Positions 7,017 to 12,813 of a stretch of DNA of 12,813 nucleotides are shown piece by piece; the first letter of the stretch is position 1; each line of letters starts with the position of its first letter. The notes under the pieces were generated by a model, which was not told the DNA's origin, did no database searches, and saw only the letters and a program-made list of their open reading frames with translations. The stretch is taken from the NCBI GenBank assembly GCA_034667685.1, contig JAXDQU010000115.1, positions 1-12,813 on the forward strand, written 5' to 3'. A program made the translations under genes and the position numbers. This DNA comes from Thermoplasmata archaeon (lineage in GTDB: Archaea > Thermoplasmatota > SW-10-69-26 > JACQPN01 > JAJPHT01).

Positions 7017-7100
7017 CCACGTCTTGGGACTTGGGGCTTGCTTCGGAGGGCGAGGCGAGGGAGCCCCGGCAAACGACCTTCCTCGCCCCCGTGAGGGAAG

Positions 7101-9218
7101 CTAGAACTCCCAGCTCTTCTTCCGGTTCAGGTGGCGCGTCAGCAAGCGCGCCGTCTCTTCCTGCACGACATCCAGACCTGACTCCACAGCAAACCCTTCG
7201 CGCAGCGCGGCGTTGACGTGCTTGCCGAGGTCGTACTCCAGGAGCTTGTCGCGGATCAGCTCGTCGGCGCGGCGGTAGTCGCGCGCGCGTTCGACCTTGA
7301 GGCGCCCCTCCTCCTCGTACACGGGGGAGCGCGCGTCGCGGTGCCCCGTCCACGCCTTGCGGAAGCGCTCCGCGTGCTCGCGGCTGCGCACGGGCGGGCC
7401 GGCGTGCGTGACGGTGTCGGGAAGGCGCAGGCGCGGAAGCTCCAGGAGGATGCGAAGCTCGCGGTCGCCCACCTCGTACGTCGCGCGCTTGAGGTCGAAC
7501 TCGTGGCGCTCGAGCAGCTTGCGGATCGACTCGACGCTCTTGCGCATCTGGTCGTGCAGGTGGTCGGCGAGCACGTCGGGCGCCTTGGTCCGGACCAGGA
7601 GGAAGTCGCTGCGCCGGCGCCGCACGGCCAGCTCCAATTCGTCGGGCGCGCGCGGCACGAGCTGGCGCGGGAAGAAGAACTGCAAGCCCTCGCGCCGCAG
7701 GTATGCGCGGCAGCTTTCGGCGAAGTGCGCGAGCGTGTCCGCGCTCACCGCGCTCGCGGCGTTGCGCTTCGTGTCCACCGGATCGAGGAAGGTGAGCGGG
7801 TCGCCGAAGCGCGGCGTGCCTTCGAGGCGGTCCAGCACGAGGAACGTGCCCGGCTTCCAGCCCTGCGCCGCGCGCAGCACGCCGCGGAACGAGCCGTACT
7901 TGAGGACCAGCAGCTCGCAGAGGTAGCCGCTGAAGCCGCGCGTCTGCGCCTCGGCGCCGTAGACGCCCACGCCCTTCATGAACGCCTTGAGGAGGCGCGC
8001 CTGGTCGCGCTGCTCGCGGCTCATCCGTGATAGCACGAGGCGCGTGTGGAACGGCGTGCGGTCCACGGCCGTCATGCGCTGGCTCACGTCGGAGATCTCG
8101 TAGGCGGGCACGACGTCCGCGCGCACGCCCTCGAAGAGCCCGTGGATGTAGGGGTGCTCGGCGTACTTCTCCTCGGGGTCGTCGAGCACGTCGCGGCCCA
8201 ATTCGAGGCCCCACTGCTCCAGCTTCTCGCGCGGCACGTCGGGCGCGAAGAGGACGAAGCAGTCGAGGTCCACCGCCTGCTTGAGGTACGTGTCCTTGGC
8301 GACGCTGCCCACGAGCATGGGCTTCCCCGCGATGCCGCGCGCCGCGAGCGCTTCGTGCAGCCGCGCCAGCAGACGCTCCGCGCGCTCCACGGTGCGCTGC
8401 GCCTCTTCCGGAGTCGGCTTCACGCGCTGGAGGGCGAGGCGCTCGGTGCTGATGAAGCGCCCCGTGAAGATCGCGACGACGCCCGCCACCACGAGGCCGC
8501 CCAGCACGTCCACGATCCAGTGGATGTTGAGGTAGAGCGTCGCCGCCACGAGAAGGATGGCGTAGCTGTAGGCGAAGATCCGGAAGCCGCGGTTGCGCGA
8601 GTAGCGCGCGGCGTTGGCCGTGAGCGCGGCGAAGGCGACCTGGAGCGAGGGGAACGTGTTGTTCGTGGTGGTGAACGAGTAGTAGAGGTCGGCGAGCTGC
8701 GGGAAGAGGCCGAACACCGGGCTCTGCACGTGGTGGAAGAGGTAGACGTTCGTGATCGGCACTAGGAGATAGAACGGGAGCGCGAGCAGGTACGCCAGCG
8801 GGAACATCAGCAGGTACGCCTTCGCGGGGCGCTCCTCGTCGCTGAGCAGGTAGAGCAGGATCGGGAAGTAGAGCATCCACGGCTGCACCGCGATGTAGAC
8901 GATGCTGAAGAGCCAGTCGAGCGGCGAGCCCCAGAGGTGCTGGAGGCTGGGCACCGCGCCGCGTTCGAGCGCGTCGACCTGCGGCGCGAGGTCGTGGTAG
9001 GGCAGGCGCGGCGTGACGGCCTGGTCCACCTGCACGAGCAGGAGGTGCAGGAGCAGCACCGCGATGGCCGCGAGCAGGAACTTGCCGTACTTGTCGAGAA
9101 GGCGCTGCGCGTCCTTGCGGCCGGGCCACGTGGGCGTCTCCGGCAGGAAGAGGATCAGCCCGGCCCCGACCAGCAGGAGGTTGACGAGCAGCACCACGAG
9201 CCAGAGCGGGAGGTCCAC
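7101..9218 (-). CDS. cca: Fusion of an N-terminal PAP2/AUR1-like multi-pass membrane domain (~aa 1-255) and an archaeal class I CCA-adding enzyme (~aa 259-705)
   Basis: CCA motifs: RVKPTPEE, LVGSVAKDTYL...DLDCF, YAEHPY, DVVPAY, AVDRTPFHT, GVYGAE..TRGFSGYLCELL, DPVDTKRNAASA, HAGPP. Membrane domain motifs: FYLLVP, NTFPSLQ, LYLNIHWIVDVLGG. No stop codon between the domains. Confidence 0.93.
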   Translation of the reverse strand: MDLPLWLVVLLVNLLLVGAGLILFLPETPTWPGRKDAQRLLDKYGKFLLAAIAVLLLHLLLVQVDQAVTPRLPYHDLAPQVDALERGAVPSLQHLWGSPLDWLFSIVYIAVQPWMLYFPILLYLLSDEERPAKAYLLMFPLAYLLALPFYLLVPITNVYLFHHVQSPVFGLFPQLADLYYSFTTTNNTFPSLQVAFAALTANAARYSRNRGFRIFAYSYAILLVAATLYLNIHWIVDVLGGLVVAGVVAIFTGRFISTERLALQRVKPTPEEAQRTVERAERLLARLHEALAARGIAGKPMLVGSVAKDTYLKQAVDLDCFVLFAPDVPREKLEQWGLELGRDVLDDPEEKYAEHPYIHGLFEGVRADVVPAYEISDVSQRMTAVDRTPFHTRLVLSRMSREQRDQARLLKAFMKGVGVYGAEAQTRGFSGYLCELLVLKYGSFRGVLRAAQGWKPGTFLVLDRLEGTPRFGDPLTFLDPVDTKRNAASAVSADTLAHFAESCRAYLRREGLQFFFPRQLVPRAPDELELAVRRRRSDFLLVRTKAPDVLADHLHDQMRKSVESIRKLLERHEFDLKRATYEVGDRELRILLELPRLRLPDTVTHAGPPVRSREHAERFRKAWTGHRDARSPVYEEEGRLKVERARDYRRADELIRDKLLEYDLGKHVNAALREGFAVESGLDVVQEETARLLTRHLNRKKSWEF

Positions 9219-9221
9219 GGC

Positions 9222-9767
9222 TCAGGCCTCCAGGGGCGACTCGTGGAGCACGTCGTGCAGCGCGCCGCCGCGGGCCAGCGTGCTGCGGTAGAGGCGGACG
9301 GCATGGACGCGCGCGGGCGGGTGCTCGAACGCGGCGTGCTCCGCGAGCCACTGGGGCAGCGCGCCGACGCGCCCGCGCTCCTGCACGCGCGCCAGGGTCA
9401 CGTGCGCGGCGAAGGGCTTCGCGTCGTCGGGCGGCAGGCGCTCGCGCACGCGGGCCGCCAGCGTCTCCAGCGGCGGGCACGGCATCGACCCGAGCCAGAT
9501 GACGCGCGGCGCGCGGGGATTCGGGAACGCGCCCACGCCGTGCAGCGGGAGGTCGAACGGCGCGATGCCGCGCGCGGCCTCGTCGAGCAATGCCCCCATG
9601 CGCGCGGCCTGGTCTTCGGCGACGTCGCCCAGGAACGACAGCGTGAGATGATGTTGGCTCTCGGGTGCCATCTTGAGGTCGGCGCCCGTCCGCGCGAGGC
9701 TGGCCAGGAGCGCCTCAGACTCCGGCGCCCGCGGCAGGGGGACGGCCACGAAGGCCCGGAACGCCAT
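9222..9767 (-). CDS. thpR: RNA 2',3'-cyclic phosphodiesterase (2'-5' RNA ligase, 2H family), 181 aa
   Basis: RAFVAV start, two HxT motifs (HLTLSFLG, HVTLAR), GVGAFPNPRAPRVIWLG, LYRSTL. ATG at 9767; stop is 3 bp from the cca-fusion start. Confidence 0.93.
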   Translation of the reverse strand: MAFRAFVAVPLPRAPESEALLASLARTGADLKMAPESQHHLTLSFLGDVAEDQAARMGALLDEAARGIAPFDLPLHGVGAFPNPRAPRVIWLGSMPCPPLETLAARVRERLPPDDAKPFAAHVTLARVQERGRVGALPQWLAEHAAFEHPPARVHAVRLYRSTLARGGALHDVLHESPLEA

Positions 9768-9789
9768 CGGAGGGGCAGCCGGGGCCACG

Positions 9790-9802
9790 CGAATAAGACT
9801 GG
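9790..9802 (-). promoter_or_regulatory. Putative TATA box for a leaderless thpR-cca transcript
   Basis: Minus strand CCAGTCTTATTCG, an AT-rich patch centred about 27 bp upstream of the thpR ATG. Confidence 0.5.
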
Positions 9803-9882
9803 CGCCGCCGCGGACGCCGCGCGAGCTTTGCAAGATCGATCCTGCCAACCGAGATGTCCCCGACGTCGGTAGCGTCCCTCGC

Positions 9883-10653
9883 ATGACGCGAAGCATCCTG
9901 CTCCTGACGCCATTCCTTCTGCTGCCCCTGGCGCTGCCGCTCACCGTGGCCGGCGGCTCGTGCGAGGCGTTGGCGCTCCCGGACCTCCCGACCTTGGCCG
10001 GCGGGGCCTCCGGCTGCGCGCTCGCCGCGTCCTCCCCCGGCGGTGAGGGTGGGCCGCAGACCGACGGAAGCGCCGACGTGGCCGCGTGCGCCGTGACCCG
10101 CGCGCCCACCGACGACGTGCGCCACGTGTGCGTCGACGGAAGCGCCTCGGTGGTCCTGGCCGGCAGCCGCCTCGAGCACGCCGAGAAGGTGAACTGGAAC
10201 TACGCGGACGGCTTCAGCTCCTCGGGCGGCAACCCCTGCCCGGGCTGCGTCACGCCGCCCATCTCCATCCACCTCCAGAGCTTCCTCGGCCCCGCGCTCG
10301 TGGACGTGTACAACGCCGGTGCGTACTCGTGCGCGACGACGTACCCGCCCGCCACCACGTATGACGTCCTCGTCACCTGCACGGCGCAGCACGCGCCGCC
10401 CACGGGCCACTGGGAGTGCGTGAACACGAACATGGCCGCCCATCCGGAGACGGACGTGACGACGGTCACCGGCACGCTGGGCTGCGGCAGCACCGCGATC
10501 AGCGCGACGGGGCACGGCTACCGCAACCCGTGGCCGGACGCGAACGGCGTCGTCGGGAAGGCCGACCAGGGCAGCGCCGACGTCATCACGTGCGCCGCCC
10601 ACGACGACTTCCGCAACAGCCTGAGCGACTGGGAAGTCTGGTGCACGTACTGA
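9883..10653 (+). CDS. Hypothetical secreted Cys-rich protein, 256 aa
   Basis: N-terminal signal-peptide-like MTRSILLLTPFLLLPLALPLTVAG; 12 Cys; rich in T/G/A/S; high GC3. Confidence 0.75.
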   Translation: MTRSILLLTPFLLLPLALPLTVAGGSCEALALPDLPTLAGGASGCALAASSPGGEGGPQTDGSADVAACAVTRAPTDDVRHVCVDGSASVVLAGSRLEHAEKVNWNYADGFSSSGGNPCPGCVTPPISIHLQSFLGPALVDVYNAGAYSCATTYPPATTYDVLVTCTAQHAPPTGHWECVNTNMAAHPETDVTTVTGTLGCGSTAISATGHGYRNPWPDANGVVGKADQGSADVITCAAHDDFRNSLSDWEVWCTY

Positions 10654-10689
10654 GCGCACCTTCTTGACCCGGCCGTCCCTGCGCAGCGC

Positions 10690-11562
10690 ATGCGCCTCGC
10701 CGGCCCGGTCGACCTCGTCGCCACGCTGCGCGGGGGCCAGGCGTTCCGCTGGGAGCAGGACGCGGAGGGCGCGTTCGTCTCGACGGTGGGCGCGCGCGCC
10801 GTGCGCTACCAGCCGGGGCGCGGGCTCGCGGTCCACGCGGAGGCCTGGCCGCGCGCGTCGAGGGCCTGGCACGAACGATATCTCGGCGCGACGGCGGAGG
10901 ACGACGCGGCGCTGGCGCGGCTGGCGCGCGACCCCGTCCTCGCGCCGGCCATCGCCGCGCATCCGGGGCTGCGCATCCTGCGCCAGGAGCCCTGGGAGAC
11001 GACGGTCGCGTTCCTCGTGAGCGCGAACAACCACGTCCTCCGGATCGAGGGCATCCTGCGCCGGCTCGCGGCGAAGGGCCCGGAGGTCGGCTCGCCCTGG
11101 GGCGCCCTGCATGCGTTCCCCGACGCCGCGACCCTGGCGCGCGTGCCGGAGCGCCAGCTTCGCGCGATGGGGCTGGGCTACCGCGCGCCGTTCCTGCGCG
11201 CCACCGCGCGGGCCGTCGCGGCGGGCGAGGTGGACCTCGATCCGCTCGTGGGCGCGCCCTTTCCCGAGATCCGCGAGGCGCTGCTCGCGCTCCCCGGCGT
11301 GGGGCCCAAGGTCGCCGGCTGCATCGCTCTCTTCGCGCTCGACGCCCGCGGCGCGTTCCCCGTCGACCGCTGGGTGCTGCGCGCGGTGTCCGATTCGTTC
11401 TTCGAGGGCGAGCCGGTCAAGCCGCGCGAGGCCGAGGCGTTCGCCCGCGCCCGCTGGGGCGAGGACGCGGGCCTCGCGCAGCAGCTCCTCTTCCACGCGC
11501 AGCGCGTAAGCGCCAAGAGGAGGGGCCCGGATGCGGCCGCGTGGACCCCCTCCTCGCGGTGA
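10690..11562 (+). CDS. ogg: 8-oxoguanine DNA glycosylase, OGG1 type (HhH-GPD)
   Basis: TLRGGQAFRW, GLRILRQEPWET, SANNH, GLGYRA, HhH motif LPGVGPKVA with catalytic Lys, FPVD with catalytic Asp, AGLAQQLLF. Confidence 0.9.
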   Translation: MRLAGPVDLVATLRGGQAFRWEQDAEGAFVSTVGARAVRYQPGRGLAVHAEAWPRASRAWHERYLGATAEDDAALARLARDPVLAPAIAAHPGLRILRQEPWETTVAFLVSANNHVLRIEGILRRLAAKGPEVGSPWGALHAFPDAATLARVPERQLRAMGLGYRAPFLRATARAVAAGEVDLDPLVGAPFPEIREALLALPGVGPKVAGCIALFALDARGAFPVDRWVLRAVSDSFFEGEPVKPREAEAFARARWGEDAGLAQQLLFHAQRVSAKRRGPDAAAWTPSSR

Positions 11563-11939
11563 GCGTCGGCCTCGTCCTCGCGGTGCTCGCGCTCGTCATC
11601 ACGATCCGGACGTACGCGGACCAGGTCGGCCGGCTGCGCGACCAGCTTCGCGAGCAGCAGGGCGCGCGCCGCGACCTGGAGGCCATGCAGGCGCGTCTCG
11701 CCGCGCAGTGGGGCCCCGTGCTGTCACGCTACCCCTACGACCCGCGCAACATGCGCCACGTCGCGGGCGCGCCCTTCGACGCCGTGCAGCTCGAGGAGGA
11801 CCGCGTGGTGCTCGTCGCGTTCCCGCGCGGCGCCCTCACGCCCGAGCAGGAGCGCGTGCGCGACCAGGTGCGCGCGGGGCGCGTCGAGTGGGCCGAGGTG
11901 CCGCTCTTCGCGCCGCAGGCGCCCCCTTCCGAGCCGTGA
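11541..11939 (+). CDS. Membrane-anchored Holliday-junction-resolvase-like (Endonuc_Holl) protein, apparently catalytically degenerate
   Basis: N-terminal TM helix and coiled coil, then QWGPVLSRYPYDPRNMRH..GAPFD...LTPEQERVRDQVRAGRVEW matching the family pattern. Overlaps ogg by 22 bp. Confidence 0.72.
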   Translation: MDPLLAVSVGLVLAVLALVITIRTYADQVGRLRDQLREQQGARRDLEAMQARLAAQWGPVLSRYPYDPRNMRHVAGAPFDAVQLEEDRVVLVAFPRGALTPEQERVRDQVRAGRVEWAEVPLFAPQAPPSEP

Positions 11940-11941
11940 TA

Positions 11942-12728
11942 TCACCCGTAGCCTCGGAAGACCTCGAACACGATGCGCTCGCGGCGGACGCCCAGGTCGA
12001 GGAGCTGCTGGCCCGCGCCCATGACCATCTCGCCCTTGCCGCACAGGTAGTACGCGGGATCGGCGAGACCCGCGGCGGCTTCCTGGAGGAGCTTCGCGTC
12101 GACGCGCCCGCGGCGTCCGGCCCAATCGCTCGTGGCCGGCTCGCGCGTGAGCGTGTGCACGACGCGGAAGCGCGGGTTCTGCGCTTCGAGCGCCGCGAGC
12201 TCGTCGCGGTAGGCAATCTCGCCCCGCGAGCGGTTGCTGTAGACCAGGACGGCGCGCCGGAGCGAGCCCGCGTCGGCCAGGTACTCGGCCATGCCCTTGA
12301 GCGGCGTGATGCCGATGCCGCCCAGCGACGTGCCGCCTTGGACGACTGCCGGCGGCACGTCGCGGCGCCGACGAACGCTTGAATAACTGCGGCGTTCGTC
12401 GAGCGCCCGCGACGAAGACCGCGTCGCGCGACTCGTCGAGCACGAAGTGGCCGTAGGCGCCGTCCACCTCGACCTCGTCGCCGGGGCGCAGCGCCGCGAA
12501 GGCCTGCTTCCAGGGCGAGTCGGAGAGGCGCGCGCCGAACTCGAGGTAGGGCTTCGTGGGCGAGCAGGCGAGGCTCATCGGATACTCCTCGCCCCCCTCG
12601 CTCGTCATGATCTCGAGGCCGCAGAACTGCACGGGACGGAACGCGAAGCCTGGCGCCTTCTCGACGCGGATCATGTGCGTGCTGGGCGTCAGGGCGCGCG
12701 AGACGAGGACCTTGCCGCGGAAGATCAC
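11942..12728 (-). pseudogene. FAD/NAD(P)-binding oxidoreductase (ferredoxin-NADP reductase family) interrupted by an 85-nt insert; pseudogene or recoded gene
   Basis: The 5' part (GTG 12728 ...DGAYGHF..AVFVAG) and the 3' part (GIGITP, LVYSNR, GRRGRVD, YYLCG, FEVF) are in different frames. Removing 85 nt restores a 233-aa ORF with VFVAGGIGITP. Confidence 0.88.
12319..12408. mobile_element. Two-hairpin insertion: 80 unique nt (12324-12403) flanked by a 5-bp direct repeat CGCCC
   Basis: Direct repeats at 12319-12323 and 12404-12408. Perfect 13-bp stem 12325-12337/12351-12363 and 10-bp stem 12369-12378/12392-12401, each with a 13-nt loop. Mobility is inferred, not shown. Confidence 0.75.
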
Positions 12729-12763
12729 GCCCGTCCATGGCGCTCGCTGCGCAAATAGCGGTC

Positions 12764-12813
12764 CTAGGGCTGGCTCTTCTGCCGCAGCTTGGCCAGCTCT
12801 CCGGCGAGCGAGC
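12764..12813 (-). CDS. 3' end of a gene truncated by the window edge (...SLAGELAKLRQKSQP*)
   Basis: Open frame with G/C-ending codons ending in TAG at 12764-12766; too short to identify. Confidence 0.45.
   Translation of the reverse strand, partial: SLAGELAKLRQKSQP

Noticed and set aside
7078-7100. Hairpin CTTCCTC/GAGGGAAG right after the cca stop as a terminator
   Set aside because: Short bulged stem with no adjacent U-tract; not distinguishable from chance at this GC content.
5055-9480. 679-aa (+) and 832-aa (-) ORFs
   Set aside because: Low-complexity Arg/Ala/Gly/Pro-rich translations overlapping better-supported genes.
10690-11562. OGG1-type glycosylase in an archaeon as a novelty
   Set aside because: OGG1-type proteins are already known from bacteria and some archaea, and the catalytic residues are ordinary.
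12319-12408. Canonical archaeal bulge-helix-bulge intron in the FNR gene
   Set aside because: I tested all six junction registers allowed by the 5-bp direct repeat by hand. None gives the 4-bp central helix with flanking 3-nt bulges. Relaxed motifs are not excluded.
11836-12738. ATG at 12738 as the start of the oxidoreductase
   Set aside because: Out of frame with the FAD-binding domain. GTG at 12728 is in frame and lies about 26 bp from the TATTT box at 12753-12757.

Overview
High-GC archaeal genomic DNA. The evidence is a class I CCA-adding enzyme next to thpR, an Endonuc_Holl-like gene, a CPxCG zinc-finger microprotein and TATA-like boxes about 25-30 bp before several start codons. A Thermoplasmatota-like origin is only a guess. 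Gene order: (CAGCCT)n array, four-helix-bundle (IVP/Avd-like) gene, inverted (AGGCTG)n array, YkgJ-like Cys-cluster protein, single-domain response regulator, 56-aa ORF, 2-oxoacid:ferredoxin oxidoreductase beta and alpha, a ~190-bp palindromic element, DUF2795-like protein, tandem palindromes, three small helical-hairpin proteins, a degenerate SMUG/UDG-fold protein, a zinc-finger microprotein, a PAP2/AUR1-like membrane domain fused in frame to the CCA-adding enzyme, thpR, a secreted Cys-rich protein, an OGG1-type glycosylase, a degenerate Holliday-junction-resolvase-like protein and an FNR-family oxidoreductase. Three observations stand out. (1) An 85-nt two-hairpin insert splits the VFVAG|GIGITP motif of the FNR gene; its two 13-nt loops are similar and it is bracketed by matching GGC codons (candidate translational bypass element, intron or mini mobile element). 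(2) The CCA-adding enzyme is fused to a predicted multi-pass membrane domain. (3) Two elements are bounded by inverted hexamer arrays, one carrying the four-helix-bundle gene and one non-coding. All family calls come from motif recognition by eye; no searches were run.
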